A stretch of DNA of 64,000 bases from Eubacteriales bacterium (GCA_030537135.1 JAUNOP010000002.1:10507-74506); one strand, 5' to 3'. Positions 33,823-44,575 are shown, counted from the first letter of the stretch. Notes: generated by a model not told the origin, from the sequence alone. Numbers and translations are program-made.

Positions 33823-34629
33823 ATGGATAAGTTAAATGTTGCCATTGCCGATGATAATGAAAAAATGATAGAGCTGCTTGGAAAAATGATTTCAGAAGAC
33901 AAGGACTTAGAGCTTGTGGGAAAAGCACACAATGGAGAGGAAATTTGCAGTATTATCAGGGAAAAACAGCCGGATGTGGTTGTTTTGGACATTATTATGC
34001 CAAAGGTGGACGGGCTGTCTGTTATGGAAAAAATCGGGAGAGACAGAGATTTAAAGAAGCATCCGTCGTTTATTGTGGTAACAGCAGTAGGACAGGAAAA
34101 AATCACAGAGAACGCCTTTTCCTTGGGAGCGGATTATTATATGCTCAAGCCATTTGATAATCGGCTTCTTCTGAACCGCATCAAGCAGATACGCAGTGCC
34201 GGAGAGAGAAAGACAAGGGACAATGTGAAAGGGCAGCTGCATGAGGAGACGGTAGAAATTGATAAGAGAAATCTTGAGGGAGATGTGACCACTATTATTC
34301 ATGAGATAGGTGTTCCTGCTCACATCAAAGGCTACCAGTACCTCCGCGATGCTATCATTTTGTCTGTCAATGATATGGAAATGCTTAATTCCATTACAAA
34401 AATTTTATATCCTACAATCGCAAAAAAACACCAGACAACATCCAGTCGTGTGGAGAGAGCCATACGCCATGCAATAGAGGTTGCTTGGAGCAGGGGAAAA
34501 ATGGACACGATTGACGAGCTTTTTGGATATACGGTCAGCACAGGCAAGGGAAAACCGACTAATTCTGAGTTTATTGCACTGATTGCCGATAAAATTCGTC
34601 TGGAATATAAAAAACACTCTTTCAATTAG
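33823..34629 (+). CDS. spo0A: sporulation master regulator Spo0A
   Basis: Receiver domain ([10 protein letters not shown]...[15 protein letters not shown]) and the Spo0A-specific DNA-binding C-terminus ([16 protein letters not shown]...[20 protein letters not shown]). ATG follows GGGGAGGA. Confidence 0.96.
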   Translation: MDKLNVAIADDNEKMIELLGKMISEDKDLELVGKAHNGEEICSIIREKQPDVVVLDIIMPKVDGLSVMEKIGRDRDLKKHPSFIVVTAVGQEKITENAFSLGADYYMLKPFDNRLLLNRIKQIRSAGERKTRDNVKGQLHEETVEIDKRNLEGDVTTIIHEIGVPAHIKGYQYLRDAIILSVNDMEMLNSITKILYPTIAKKHQTTSSRVERAIRHAIEVAWSRGKMDTIDELFGYTVSTGKGKPTNSEFIALIADKIRLEYKKHSFN

Positions 34630-34757
34630 GGGAATATTAGGATATAATGAGATTATATTTTAGTAACTCCTTGTTCCAGGGTACAGACTGCATTTTACAG
34701 CAGCTGTGAAGGTACAAGGCAGTTATATATTTGCAACATACAAGGAGGTTTTTACAG

Positions 34758-36203
34758 ATGAAGAAAATTTTATTTGCCACATCAGAAGCGGTTCCCTTTA
34801 TTAAGACAGGAGGACTTGCTGATGTAGCGGGAGCATTGCCAAAATGCTTTGACAAGAGATACTTTGACATTCGAGTGATTTTGCCGAAATATGCCTGTAT
34901 GAAGCAGGAGTGGAAGGATCAGATGCAGTATGTTACCCATTTTTACATGGATTTAGGATACAAGAACTGCTATGTCGGCATCCTGCAGATGGAATATGAG
35001 GGAATTCAGTTCTATTTTATTGATAATGAGTATTATTTCAGCGGACCAAAGCCTTATGACAGCGCTCCATGGGATTTGGAGAAGTTTGCTTTCTTCTCAA
35101 AGGCAGTTCTGTCTGTGCTTCCGGTTCTGGATTTTCGTCCTGACATCATTCACTGCCATGACTGGCAGACCGGTCTGGTGCCTGTGTATCTGAATGATTC
35201 CTTCCAGGCAAACCCATTCTTCCGGGGAATTAAGACAATTATGACCATACATAATCTGAAATTCCAGGGCGTATGGGATGTGAAGACAGTGAAGGAGATT
35301 ACCGGACTTTCAGACTATTATTTTGCTCCTGACAAGCTGGAGGCTTATCGGGACGCCAACTTCCTCAAGGGAGGCATTGTTTTTGCAGATGCTGTGACAA
35401 CAGTCAGCAACACCTATGCAGAGGAAATCAAGACCCCATTCTACGGCGAGAGACTGGACGGACTTCTCTGCGCTCGCTCCAACAGCCTCAGAGGAATTGT
35501 AAACGGTATTGACTATGATATTTTCAATCCTGAGACAGACCAGTATATTTACAAGAATTATAGTGCGAAAACCTTCCGCAAGGAAAAGGTGAAAAACAAG
35601 ATTCAGCTTCAGAGAGAGCTGGGACTTCAGGAAGATCCCAAGGCAATGCTCATTGGTGTGGTATCCCGTCTGACAGACCAGAAGGGCTTTGACTTAATTG
35701 CCTATGTTATGGACGAGCTGTGTCAGGACAGCATTCAGCTGGTAGTTCTGGGAACAGGAGAGGAACGCTATGAGAATATGTTCCGCCATTTTGAGTGGAA
35801 ATATCAGGGCAAGGTATCTGCTCAGATCTACTATGACGAGCCGTTGTCTCACAAGATCTACGCTGCCTGCGATGCCTTCCTTATGCCTTCTCTGTTTGAG
35901 CCGTGCGGCCTTAGCCAGCTGATGAGCCTTAGATATGGAACGCTTCCGATTGTCCGTGAAACAGGCGGCTTAAAGGATACGGTGGAACCTTACAATGAAT
36001 ATGAAGGAACCGGAACAGGCTTCAGCTTCCGCAATTATAATGCGCATGAAATGCTCAATACCATCCGCAATGCAGAGAGAATCTACTACGATAAGAAGCG
36101 TGAGTGGAATAAGCTTGTGGATCGCGCTATGGCAGCAGACTTCTCCTGGAAATATTCTGCAAGCCAGTACGAAGAAATGTACAATTGGATGATTGGAGAA
36201 TAA
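34758..36203 (+). CDS. glgA: glycogen synthase (ADP-glucose type)
   Basis: MKKILFATSEAVPFIKTGGLADV, HCHDWQTG and SLFEPCGLSQL are present. ATG follows AAGGAGG. Confidence 0.94.
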   Translation: MKKILFATSEAVPFIKTGGLADVAGALPKCFDKRYFDIRVILPKYACMKQEWKDQMQYVTHFYMDLGYKNCYVGILQMEYEGIQFYFIDNEYYFSGPKPYDSAPWDLEKFAFFSKAVLSVLPVLDFRPDIIHCHDWQTGLVPVYLNDSFQANPFFRGIKTIMTIHNLKFQGVWDVKTVKEITGLSDYYFAPDKLEAYRDANFLKGGIVFADAVTTVSNTYAEEIKTPFYGERLDGLLCARSNSLRGIVNGIDYDIFNPETDQYIYKNYSAKTFRKEKVKNKIQLQRELGLQEDPKAMLIGVVSRLTDQKGFDLIAYVMDELCQDSIQLVVLGTGEERYENMFRHFEWKYQGKVSAQIYYDEPLSHKIYAACDAFLMPSLFEPCGLSQLMSLRYGTLPIVRETGGLKDTVEPYNEYEGTGTGFSFRNYNAHEMLNTIRNAERIYYDKKREWNKLVDRAMAADFSWKYSASQYEEMYNWMIGE

Positions 36204-36314
36204 AAAAAGCAAAAGTACACATACTACCTCTGTAAAATCATTATACGGCAGATAAAAGAAAGGCTGCAGCAAGAAGTCACTTTCTTTTATTTTCCGCAGA
36301 AAACAGGAGGTAGC

Positions 36315-36503
36315 ATGATGAATCAGATTTCAGAACTGGATTTACAGAATCTCCGTCACTTAATCGGCGGGTTTGAGACCACCCACTGCAAAATGCAGGC
36401 CTACGCGCAGCAGACGCAGGACACAGAGGTGAAGCAGTTTTTCCAGAAGGCGGCGCAGTCGGCCATGACAGGAAAACAGCAGCTGATGCAGTTTTTACAG
36501 TAG
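36315..36503 (+). CDS. small Coat-F-like spore protein
   Basis: 62 aa helical protein (ELDLQNLRHLIGGFETTHCKMQAYAQQTQDTEVKQFF). RBS AGGAGG. It is paired with the next Coat-F-like gene. Confidence 0.5.
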   Translation: MMNQISELDLQNLRHLIGGFETTHCKMQAYAQQTQDTEVKQFFQKAAQSAMTGKQQLMQFLQ

Positions 36504-36515
36504 GAGGGAAAGTCA

Positions 36516-36776
36516 ATGAATGAGATGATGAACGAGAAAACCATGGTAGCCGATACACTTGCATCTATTAACGGAGAGCTGGTCCGCTATGGGGAAATGA
36601 TTTCCCAGACAGAGAATCCCCAGCTCAAGCAGACGCTTAAACAGATGCGCAATCAGTGTGAGACTTCTCAGGAGGAGATTTACAAAATTGCCCGTGAACG
36701 CCAGTATTATGTGCCGGCGCAGCAGGCTGCCAGAGAAGAGGTAGAGCATGTACGCTCTATTCTTTCCAGAGGCTGA
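36516..36776 (+). CDS. Coat F domain spore coat protein
   Basis: 86 aa. ADTLASINGELVRYGEMISQTENPQLKQTLKQMRNQCETSQEEIYKIARERQYY follows the Coat F pattern. Confidence 0.6.
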   Translation: MNEMMNEKTMVADTLASINGELVRYGEMISQTENPQLKQTLKQMRNQCETSQEEIYKIARERQYYVPAQQAAREEVEHVRSILSRG

Positions 36777-36795
36777 TTCACAAAAAGAGGAACTT

Positions 36796-36827
36796 CGGGG
36801 GCGGAGCTTTGTACGCCCCCGTTTTTT
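36796..36827 (+). terminator. intrinsic terminator after the Coat-F pair
   Basis: CGGGGGCG-gagctttgta-CGCCCCCG followed by TTTTTT. Confidence 0.8.
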
Positions 36828-36966
36828 AACGGATTAAGCAAGTTTCCTGCTTGAATTTGACTGCTTTCTTATATTTTTTCTTATCCATTTCTTTCTATTT
36901 CCCTGTCTCCCCTTGTTTTGATCATCCTGTCCGGCTTTATCCGAAAATCAGAACCCTAAAAAAGAC

Positions 36967-36995
36967 TTGACAACACGCAGAATTTGTAATACTAT
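36967..36995 (+). promoter_or_regulatory. recA promoter
   Basis: TTGACA (36967-36972), a 17-nt spacer, then TACTAT (36990-36995). Confidence 0.6.
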
Positions 36996-37008
36996 GTAAA
37001 AAGAAAAG

Positions 37009-37022
37009 CGAACATAAGTTCA
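37009..37022 (+). promoter_or_regulatory. LexA (DinR) box / Cheo box
   Basis: CGAACATAAGTTCA matches the Firmicute SOS box CGAAC-N4-GTTCG in 12 of 14 positions, just downstream of the recA -10. Confidence 0.8.
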
Positions 37023-37055
37023 TGCTATGACCATAAAGGAGGAATTTATAAAATA

Positions 37056-38258
37056 ATGATAAATGAAGATAAAAAGAAGGCTCTTGAAGCAGCATTAGGT
37101 CAGATAGAGAAGCAGTATGGCAAGGGCTCTGTGATGAAGCTTGGCGAATCCAGGGCAAATCTCCAGGTAGAGGCTGTTCCCACAGGCTCCCTGAGTCTTG
37201 ACATTGCCCTGGGCGTAGGCGGTGTTCCCAAGGGAAGAATTGTGGAAATTTATGGCCCGGAATCCAGCGGTAAGACAACGGTTGCCCTGCACATGGTCGC
37301 AGAAGTGCAGAAGAGGGGCGGAATCGCAGGCTTTATTGATGCGGAGCATGCTCTTGATCCTGTTTATGCCAGAAATATTGGGGTGGATATTGACAATCTC
37401 TATATTTCTCAGCCAGATAATGGAGAACAGGCTCTGGAGATTACAGAGACAATGGTTCGCTCAGGAGCTGTGGACATTATTATTGTAGATTCTGTAGCAG
37501 CCCTGGTTCCAAAGGCTGAGATTGACGGAGACATGGGAGACAGTCATGTAGGACTTCAGGCGCGTCTTATGTCCCAGGCTCTGAGAAAGCTGACTGCTGT
37601 TATCAGCAAATCCAACTGTGTGGTGATCTTTATTAATCAGCTTCGTGAGAAAGTGGGGATTATGTTCGGCAATCCGGAGACAACCACAGGCGGACGCGCC
37701 CTGAAATTTTATTCGTCTGTGCGCATGGACGTGCGCAGAGTAGAAACTCTCAAGCAGGGAGGCGAGATGGTAGGAAATCATACAAAGATTAAAGTCGTGA
37801 AGAACAAAGTAGCTCCCCCCTTTAAGCAGGCAGAGTTTGATATTATGTTTGGCACAGGCATTTCCAGAGAGGGAGATATTCTGGATCTGGCAGCAGAAAT
37901 CAATGTGGTCAATAAGAGCGGCGCATGGTATGCCTACAATGGCAATAAAATCGGTCAGGGGCGTGAGAATGCCAAGACGTATCTGAAGGAGCATCCAGAA
38001 ATCCGCGATGAGATCGAAAAGCAGGTGCGGATTTTCTATGGACTTGAAGAGAAAGAGGCAGAGACAGCACAGCCAGAGACTGAGAAGAAGCCAAGAAAGG
38101 CAGGGAAAGCTGCTCAGGATAAGGCTTCCAGGGATAAGAAGCAGGAATTGACAGCCCAGGAGCAGGAGCCGGAAAATATGCTTTCAGAAGAAGATTCTCT
38201 TAAGCTGGCAAAAGGGGAAGAGGCAATACCTGAAGAAGAGTCAGTGGAGAAGGAATAA
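37056..38258 (+). CDS. recA: recombinase RecA with an unusually long charged C-terminal tail
   Basis: Walker [10 protein letters not shown] plus [12 protein letters not shown] and [17 protein letters not shown]. 400 aa, where about 350 is usual. Confidence 0.97.
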   Translation: MINEDKKKALEAALGQIEKQYGKGSVMKLGESRANLQVEAVPTGSLSLDIALGVGGVPKGRIVEIYGPESSGKTTVALHMVAEVQKRGGIAGFIDAEHALDPVYARNIGVDIDNLYISQPDNGEQALEITETMVRSGAVDIIIVDSVAALVPKAEIDGDMGDSHVGLQARLMSQALRKLTAVISKSNCVVIFINQLREKVGIMFGNPETTTGGRALKFYSSVRMDVRRVETLKQGGEMVGNHTKIKVVKNKVAPPFKQAEFDIMFGTGISREGDILDLAAEINVVNKSGAWYAYNGNKIGQGRENAKTYLKEHPEIRDEIEKQVRIFYGLEEKEAETAQPETEKKPRKAGKAAQDKASRDKKQELTAQEQEPENMLSEEDSLKLAKGEEAIPEEESVEKE

Positions 38259-38740
38259 TGCAGAATTTTTCTACAGAGGAAGCACATGAGGCCGCTAAGA
38301 AGGCAATGCGTCTTTTAGAACATATGGACAGAACAGAGAAGGGGCTTTTTGATAAGCTCCTTCAATCTGGTTTTTCAGAGGAAGCAGCCCAGGAGGCTCT
38401 GCATTACGTGAAGTCCTTTGGCTATGTAAATGACGAGAGATATGCACAGCGCTATATTGAGGGGAGAATACGCACCAAGAGCAGACAGAAGATTTTTCAG
38501 GAACTCTGGCAAAAGGGAATTGACAGGGAGACGATTGCCCTTGCCTGGGAGACGGTTTCTTCCTGTGAACAGACGGACGAGAGGGAACTGATTCAAAGCC
38601 TGGTGAAAAAGAAATGTCCAGAGGGCGTGGCTTTGGATGACAGAGATAAGCGCAGACTCTGCGCTTATCTTCAGAGAAGAGGCTTTGGCCTTTCAGATAT
38701 ATATTCTGTGATAGAGGAATTGTCAAATAACAACGAGTAA
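38258..38740 (+). CDS. recX: RecA regulator RecX
   Basis: 160 aa of helical repeats (GYVNDERYAQRYIEGRIRTKSRQKIFQELWQKGI). TAATG overlap with recA. Confidence 0.8.
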   Translation: MQNFSTEEAHEAAKKAMRLLEHMDRTEKGLFDKLLQSGFSEEAAQEALHYVKSFGYVNDERYAQRYIEGRIRTKSRQKIFQELWQKGIDRETIALAWETVSSCEQTDERELIQSLVKKKCPEGVALDDRDKRRLCAYLQRRGFGLSDIYSVIEELSNNNE

Positions 38741-38847
38741 GAAGAAATAAACAAAGAATGGGTAGAAAAACTTGACATAAGTCATAAAAACATTTAAAAT
38801 CATATTGTTGTATTTGTACAATGAAAACAGAATAAGGAGGTGCTCCT

Positions 38848-40410
38848 GTGACAGGCACAACAATTATTGTTGCTATTGTCGCTGTAGTAATTACGCTTCT
38901 TATTGCAGTTCCTGTTACTTGCAGGATAGCAGTTTCCAATAAGGTGAAAAAGGATGCCGAGATTGTAGGAACTGCTGAAGAAAAAGCAAGAAATATCATA
39001 GATGAGGCTTTGAAATCGGCGGAGACAAAGAAACGAGAGACTCTTCTGGAAATTAAGGAGGAATCTCTGCGAAACAAAAATGAGCTGGAGAAAGAAACCA
39101 AGGAAAGAAGGGCTGAACTGCAGAAGTATGAGAAGCGAGTATTATCCAAGGAGGAATCTGTGGATAAGAAGGCAGATGCTATAGAGCGGCGGGAAGCTGA
39201 CTATACGTCGAGAATAGCAAAATTACAGGAAAAAGAAAAAAGGGTAAGTGAACTTGAAAAGCAGGGATTGCAGGAATTGGAGCGTGTTTGCGGACTGACC
39301 TCCGAACAGGCAAAGGAAGAGCTTCTGCGTGCAGTAGAGGACGACGTGAAGGTGGATGTGGCCAGACTTTACAAGGAACTGGAGAGCAGAGCAAGGGAAG
39401 AAGCAGATAAAAAGGCAAAGGAATATGTTGTCAATGCCATTCAGAAATGTGCGGTTGATCATGTTTCTGAGGCTACTATTTCTGTGGTACAGCTTCCAAG
39501 CGATGAGATGAAAGGACGCATCATCGGACGTGAGGGACGCAACATTCGTACCTTAGAAACGCTCACAGGAGTGGACTTGATTATTGACGACACCCCTGAA
39601 GCAGTGGTTCTGTCAGCCTTTGACCCGATTCGGAGAGAGATTGCAAGAGTCGCTCTGGAGAAACTGATTGTGGATGGACGTATTCATCCGGCGCGTATCG
39701 AGGAAATGGTTGAGAAAGCACAGCGAGAGGTAGAGAACCTGATTCGCGAGGAAGGCGAAACAGCAGCTATGGACGTGGGAGTACATGGAATTCATCCGGA
39801 ATTGATTAAGCTTCTGGGAAGAATGAAATTCCGCTCCAGCTATGGACAGAATGCACTGAAGCACTCCATTGAGGTAGCGCAGCTTTCAGGACTTCTGGCA
39901 GGAGAAATCGGAGCAGACGTGCGTCTGGCAAAGCGTGCGGGACTTCTTCATGACATTGGAAAATCCATTGACCACGAGGTAGAGGGTTCCCATATCCAGA
40001 TAGGAGTTGACCTTTGCAGAAAGTATAAGGAATCTGCTGTTGTGATTAATGCTGTGGCAGCACATCATGGAGATGTAGAGCCGGAATCCTTGGTAGCCTG
40101 TATTGTGCAGGCAGCAGACGCTATTTCAGCAGCACGTCCGGGCGCCAGAAGAGAAACCCTGGAGACTTATACGAACCGTTTGAAGCAGCTGGAAGATATT
40201 ACCAATACGTTTAAGGGCGTTGATAAATCCTTTGCTATTCAGGCAGGAAGAGAAATTCGCGTTATGGTTCTTCCTGAGCATGTCAATGATGCTGACATGG
40301 TTATTCTGGCAAGAGACATTGCAAAGCAGATTGAAGCTGAATTGGAATATCCAGGACAGATTAAAGTGAATGTTATCCGCGAGAGCCGTGCTGTTGATTA
40401 TGCAAAGTAA
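38848..40410 (+). CDS. rny: ribonuclease Y
   Basis: N-terminal TM, coiled coil, KH domain ([15 protein letters not shown]) and HD domain (LLHDIGK). GTG start follows AAGGAGG. Confidence 0.95.
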   Translation: MTGTTIIVAIVAVVITLLIAVPVTCRIAVSNKVKKDAEIVGTAEEKARNIIDEALKSAETKKRETLLEIKEESLRNKNELEKETKERRAELQKYEKRVLSKEESVDKKADAIERREADYTSRIAKLQEKEKRVSELEKQGLQELERVCGLTSEQAKEELLRAVEDDVKVDVARLYKELESRAREEADKKAKEYVVNAIQKCAVDHVSEATISVVQLPSDEMKGRIIGREGRNIRTLETLTGVDLIIDDTPEAVVLSAFDPIRREIARVALEKLIVDGRIHPARIEEMVEKAQREVENLIREEGETAAMDVGVHGIHPELIKLLGRMKFRSSYGQNALKHSIEVAQLSGLLAGEIGADVRLAKRAGLLHDIGKSIDHEVEGSHIQIGVDLCRKYKESAVVINAVAAHHGDVEPESLVACIVQAADAISAARPGARRETLETYTNRLKQLEDITNTFKGVDKSFAIQAGREIRVMVLPEHVNDADMVILARDIAKQIEAELEYPGQIKVNVIRESRAVDYAK

Positions 40411-40466
40411 CAGTCTATTGAAATCCATACAGGCGTCATAAGCACTATCCTAACCTAATGAAAATA

Positions 40467-40521
40467 AATACCAGGACTCTTTTGTCTGCATTTCAGCAGG
40501 TAAAAGAATTCTGGTATTTTT
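40467..40521. terminator. bidirectional terminator between rny and the convergent permease gene
   Basis: AATACCAG...CTGGTATT outer stem with an inner CTTTTGTCTGC/GCAGGTAAAAG helix. T-runs on both strands. Confidence 0.6.
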
Positions 40522-40541
40522 GCTTCTTTGAAAAAGAAGTC

Positions 40542-41396
40542 TCAGAAAAGCTCAACAATCATTCCGCATAATACACTGATTCCGTACAGGCTTCCGAGAA
40601 TCAGCAGGTTATTTTTTAAATGTCTATTTGAACGGAAAAGAACAGCAAGGCCAATACCGGCGCAGGAGAGAAGTCCTGCAAGCATGCTTCCTGTACTCAG
40701 GATTCCGTCCAGATAGAGACTGGTGATTGTGACAGAAGAAGCACAGTTGGGAATCAGCCCAACAAGTCCTGTGAGAAGTACACTTATAAGAGGATAGCTG
40801 GAGATTGTGCGGACAAGGGTTTCCATACCTATAACCTCCACAAGTCCATTCAATGCCAGAGAAATGATAAAAATAAAAGCTGTAATCTGAAGAGAATGGG
40901 TGAAAGCAGAATAGAAGATACTTCCTTCCTCACAGTGGCAGTGTTCCCTCTCGCATAGCTCATGAATGTGAAGTCCTCGCTGTTCTCCCTTGTGAAGAAT
41001 GCGCACTCCCATGTCTACGAGGATTCCGGCTATGATACCAATGAATACCTTAGCAGCCAGGATTTTCAAAATTTTATCAGCAGGAGCCTGCTCTGAAAGC
41101 AAAATAGGAAGCATCTCATCAGAGGTTGACAGGTATACCGCGAGCAGGGTTCCAACAGTGATAACGCCGCCGGAATACAAATTAGACGCGGCAGCGGAAA
41201 AGCCGCATTGCGGGAGAATTCCCAGAAGTCCTCCAATCACAGGACCTTTTTTTCCTGTATGAAGAAGCATGGAGATTGTTTTTTCTCCGGCCTTTGTTTC
41301 CAGATATTCCATAGCCAGATAAGCCAGAAAGAGGAAGGGAATCAGCTTAACAGTATCAATGGCAGTATCCAGTAAAATATCCAATAATAATTCCAT
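40542..41396 (-). CDS. 10-TM permease, putative heavy-metal exporter (ArsP_2-like)
   Basis: 284 aa. MELLLDILLDTAIDTVKLIPFLFLAYLAMEYLE opening and a Cys/His-rich central loop HIHELCEREHCHCEEG. The family call is from memory. Confidence 0.5.
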   Translation of the reverse strand: MELLLDILLDTAIDTVKLIPFLFLAYLAMEYLETKAGEKTISMLLHTGKKGPVIGGLLGILPQCGFSAAASNLYSGGVITVGTLLAVYLSTSDEMLPILLSEQAPADKILKILAAKVFIGIIAGILVDMGVRILHKGEQRGLHIHELCEREHCHCEEGSIFYSAFTHSLQITAFIFIISLALNGLVEVIGMETLVRTISSYPLISVLLTGLVGLIPNCASSVTITSLYLDGILSTGSMLAGLLSCAGIGLAVLFRSNRHLKNNLLILGSLYGISVLCGMIVELF

Positions 41397-41410
41397 ATTT
41401 TACATTCCTT

Positions 41411-41480
41411 GTTACGGTTCACAGCGGCGCAAGCGCACACTTCGCGATGCATACAGATGCAGCGCAAGCGCCGCAGTTGT
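41411..41480. repeat. GC-rich structured repeat module (copy R1) in the 5' leader of the permease gene
   Basis: GTTACGGTTCACAGCGGCGCAAGCGCACACTTCGCGATGCATACAGATGCAGCGCAAGCGCCGCAG. CAGCGGCGC pairs with GCGCCGCAG. It shares ordered blocks with copy R2 at 44496. Confidence 0.6.
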
Positions 41481-41669
41481 TTGTGAAGAGTAACGTTTCC
41501 TTTCATTAGGTTTGCTGGCAGGAGCTTTCTGATTGGAGTATCAGCATTTTCTGTGATATATTTCCCCTGCACAGACATATTGGCTTTTATAATAAATAGA
41601 AAATGGTCATTTGTCAATGTCCTTCTTGACTCTTTTGTTCTATTTTTCCCACTGAAGCCGTACATTAGA

Positions 41670-42275
41670 ATGGATGAGCAAAGAGAGGCGGTCGGGGAAG
41701 TGAAAAGGAAAACTCCTTTTTTATTCTTTTATATCCTGGGAACTGTGGCAGGAATCCTGCTTCCCTGCTTTTTATGGAAATATGAAATAGCGCTTATGAA
41801 AAGCACAAGTATTTATTTCCTTGCGTCTCTGGAGACGCGCACAGCAGCAGGCTGGACATATTTCAGGGAAATCGCGGGTATACGGGGCGTTTACTGGCTT
41901 TTGTGGGTACTGAGTGGATTTTCTATTTTCGGAATTCCTCTAAGCGTTGTCACGGTTGTCTGGAAGGGCTTTATGGCAGGAGGAATTGTCACCATGTCGA
42001 TTCTGCATTTTGGAATCCTGGGAGGCGTGTGGGGCTGCCTGCTTCTTTTACCGCAGTATTTTATTTATGTTCCCGTATCTATTCTTCTGTCTGAGCAGAT
42101 TATAAAGGTCAGTGGTTTTTCCTGGAAAAACAGGAGAATGACAGGAAGAGAGCTGCGAAATTATGGGATTTCGGCTTTTCTTTTGTCCATTGGAATGACG
42201 CTCGGAATGTTTCTGGAAGCCTTTATAAATCCCTTGCTGCTGGGGCTTTTTGTGCAGAGATGGAAACTCTTCTGA
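41670..42275 (+). CDS. spoIIM: stage II sporulation protein M
   Basis: 5-TM protein with LLWVLSGFSIFGIPLSVVTVVWKGFMAGG...LLLLPQYFIYVPVSILL...FLEAFINPLL, parallel to B. subtilis SpoIIM. It lies upstream of xerD as in Bacillus. The start is uncertain (ATG at 41670, weak RBS). Confidence 0.7.
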   Translation: MDEQREAVGEVKRKTPFLFFYILGTVAGILLPCFLWKYEIALMKSTSIYFLASLETRTAAGWTYFREIAGIRGVYWLLWVLSGFSIFGIPLSVVTVVWKGFMAGGIVTMSILHFGILGGVWGCLLLLPQYFIYVPVSILLSEQIIKVSGFSWKNRRMTGRELRNYGISAFLLSIGMTLGMFLEAFINPLLLGLFVQRWKLF

Positions 42276-42426
42276 GATAACAATCATCACATGAGCCTGA
42301 AAAAAGATTTGCTTTTTAACCAAAAAATAAGTATAATGTGACTTATTGGAAGGAAAGGGGCGCTGAGCGTCGGTGGCACTCGTTTAGCACCGACCGAAGG
42401 GGCTGGAGCAGCAGAAAAGGAAACGT

Positions 42427-43335
42427 ATGAGAAATCAGGGACAAAGGCTTATGGAGAGTGCTATCAGAGAATTTATCGAATATTTGCATAATGTAAAGAC
42501 CACCTCTGGAAACACAGAGGTTTCTTATTTGCGCGATTTAAAGAAAATGACAGTCTGGTTAGCAGAGAGGGAAATTACGCAGGTATCCCAGGTGTCCTCA
42601 GATGCATTGGAAGCCTATATCAGCTCTTTGGAAGAGCAGCAATTTGCCTCCTCTACAATTTCCAGGAGTGTGGCTTCTGCCAGAGCTTTTTTTCAGTATG
42701 AGCTGCAGGAGGGAAGAATCGCCACAAATCCGGCAGAGAAATTACATCCTCCAAAGATACAGAAAAAGATTCCTGAGATTCTGACAATAGAGGAAGTGGA
42801 TCTTCTGATGAGGCAGCCAGATATGACCACTGCCAAGGGAATGCGTGACAAGGCTATGCTGGAGCTTCTATACGCAACAGGAATGCGGGTGAGCGAGCTG
42901 ATTCATTTAAAGGTTTCTGATTTGAACCTTTCTCTGGGCTATGTAAGCTGCTGCGCTTATGGAAAGAACAGAATTATTCCCATTGGAAGTGTGTGCAGAA
43001 AGGCTCTTCACAGATACATAGACAAGGCGCGTGGAAGTCTGGTACAGCATTCAGACACAGAAGAACTGTTTACAAACTGCTCTGGCAAGGCCATGAGTCG
43101 TCAGGGCTTTTGGAAGGTATTGAAGGGATATGCACACGAGGCTGGAATTCGGGGAGATATCACGCCCCATACTCTGCGCCATTCCTTTGCTGTTCATATG
43201 CTTCAAAACGGAGCAGATGTGAAAAGTGTGCAGGAAATGCTGGGACATTCTGATATTGCAACCACACAGCTTTACCTGAGCATGCACGTGAATCGCATGA
43301 GAGATGTATATAGAAAAGCACACCCACGGTGCTGA
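42427..43335 (+). CDS. xerD: tyrosine recombinase XerD/XerC
   Basis: 302 aa. SAM-like N-domain, ATGMRVSEL, TPHTLRHSFAVHML and GHSDIATTQLYLSM catalytic set. Confidence 0.8.
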   Translation: MRNQGQRLMESAIREFIEYLHNVKTTSGNTEVSYLRDLKKMTVWLAEREITQVSQVSSDALEAYISSLEEQQFASSTISRSVASARAFFQYELQEGRIATNPAEKLHPPKIQKKIPEILTIEEVDLLMRQPDMTTAKGMRDKAMLELLYATGMRVSELIHLKVSDLNLSLGYVSCCAYGKNRIIPIGSVCRKALHRYIDKARGSLVQHSDTEELFTNCSGKAMSRQGFWKVLKGYAHEAGIRGDITPHTLRHSFAVHMLQNGADVKSVQEMLGHSDIATTQLYLSMHVNRMRDVYRKAHPRC

Positions 43336-43354
43336 AGCAATGGGAAAATTCAAA

Positions 43355-43395
43355 GGCAGCGGATGAGTCAGGAAATTTCTGACTGATCCGCTGCC
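43355..43395. terminator. bidirectional terminator between xerD and the DAHP synthase gene
   Basis: GGCAGCGGATGAGTCAG / CTGACTGATCCGCTGCC form a 17-bp stem with one mismatch. It is flanked by AAA and TGTTT. Confidence 0.75.
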
Positions 43396-43431
43396 TGTTT
43401 GAACGTATCAAGCAAGTCCCGCGCTTCCATT

Positions 43432-44469
43432 TCAGCATTTTTCTGCAATTTCATAAAGCAGTTTTTCAGATTCTTCCCAGCCCAGACAAGCGTCTGTGAT
43501 GGATTTGCCGTAAATATGAGGGCAGCCGGGGATGAGCTTTTGATTTCCGCTTTCAATATAACTTTCGATCATCAGGCCCTTCACGAGCTTATGAAGGTCA
43601 GGATTTACTCTTCGATTGTGCAGGATTTCCTCTGCAATACGAATCTGCTGCTCATATTTTTTGCTGGAATTGGAGTGGTTGGTATCTACAATAACAGCTG
43701 GGTTTAAAAGATTTCTTTCCCCGTATTTTTCCAGAAGAAGGACTAAATCCTCATAATGGTAGTTGGGAATAGATTCTCCGTGCTTATTTACGGCTCCCCG
43801 GAGAATGGTATGAGCAAGAGGGTTTCCGGTAGTTTCCACCTCCCAGGAACGGTAGATAAAGCGGTGTCCGTGCTGGGCAGCATGCACAGAATTCAGCATA
43901 ACGCTGAAGTCTCCGCTCGTCGGATTTTTCATTCCGGCAGGCACATCCATGCCGCTCACGGTCAGGCGGTGCTGCTGGTCCTCTACAGAACGCGCTCCTA
44001 CAGCTACATAAGAGAGGAGGTCAGATAAATATCTCCAGTTTTCGGGATAAAGCATCTCATCTGCACAGGTAAAGCCACTTTCCTTGATGGCGCGTATGTG
44101 CATCTTACGGATAGCAACCAATCCAGCCAGCATATTGGTTTCCTTTTCCGGGTCAGGCTGGTGAACCATTCCTTTATAGCCGTCGCCGGTTGTTCTGGGC
44201 TTATTCGTATATACGCGTGGGATAATCAAAACCCTGTCGGCAATTTTTTCCTGGACTTTTCTGAGGCGGAGAAGATAATCACACACAGCATCTTCATTAT
44301 CTGCAGAGCATGGGCCGATAATAGCAATAAAGCGGTCTGATTTTCCAGTAAAAACATCTTTGATTTCCTGGTCTCGTGTTTCCTTGAGTTTGCGGATATC
44401 CTGAGAGATGGGATACTGGCTGCGGATTTCCTCTGGTGTGGGCAATTTTGTGATAAATTCAAATCCCAT
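43432..44469 (-). CDS. 3-deoxy-7-phosphoheptulonate (DAHP) synthase, class I (AroF/G/H-like)
   Basis: 345 aa. IAIIGPCSADNEDA, RVYTNKPRTTGDGYKGM and GARSVEDQQHR are present. Confidence 0.88.
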   Translation of the reverse strand: MGFEFITKLPTPEEIRSQYPISQDIRKLKETRDQEIKDVFTGKSDRFIAIIGPCSADNEDAVCDYLLRLRKVQEKIADRVLIIPRVYTNKPRTTGDGYKGMVHQPDPEKETNMLAGLVAIRKMHIRAIKESGFTCADEMLYPENWRYLSDLLSYVAVGARSVEDQQHRLTVSGMDVPAGMKNPTSGDFSVMLNSVHAAQHGHRFIYRSWEVETTGNPLAHTILRGAVNKHGESIPNYHYEDLVLLLEKYGERNLLNPAVIVDTNHSNSSKKYEQQIRIAEEILHNRRVNPDLHKLVKGLMIESYIESGNQKLIPGCPHIYGKSITDACLGWEESEKLLYEIAEKC

Positions 44470-44495
44470 GTTCGTGTCTCCTTTTTTCGTTACAT

Positions 44496-44575
44496 GTTAT
44501 GGTTCGCTGCGTTCGCAGAATACGCTTTGCGATGAACAGAAATGCTGCACTTTGCAGCGTTTCGCGCCGACTGCT
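44496..44575. repeat. GC-rich structured repeat module (copy R2) in the 5' leader of the DAHP synthase gene
   Basis: GTTATGGTTCGCTGCGTTCGCAGAATACGCTTTGCGATGAACAGAAATGCTGCACTTTGCAGCGTTTCGCGCCGACTG. It shares the ordered blocks GTTAYGGTTC, GCG.YCGCA, TTYGCGATG, ACAGA, ATGC and GCGCCG with R1. Confidence 0.6.

Noticed and set aside
38295-39149. 284-aa minus-strand ORF
   Set aside because: It is antisense to recX and the 5' part of rny, with low-complexity Ser/Phe-rich sequence. The plus-strand genes are secure.
41342-41665. 107-aa minus-strand ORF upstream of the permease gene
   Set aside because: It overlaps the permease start and consists of the GC-rich repeat module read as protein (Cys/Arg-rich). 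It is better explained as a structured 5' leader.
42427-43335. Tyrosine recombinase as a marker of a mobile island
   Set aside because: It sits in the conserved spoIIM-xerD housekeeping context, 9 kb away from the inserted region. It has the XerD-type N-domain and is therefore a chromosome dimer resolvase, not an island integrase.
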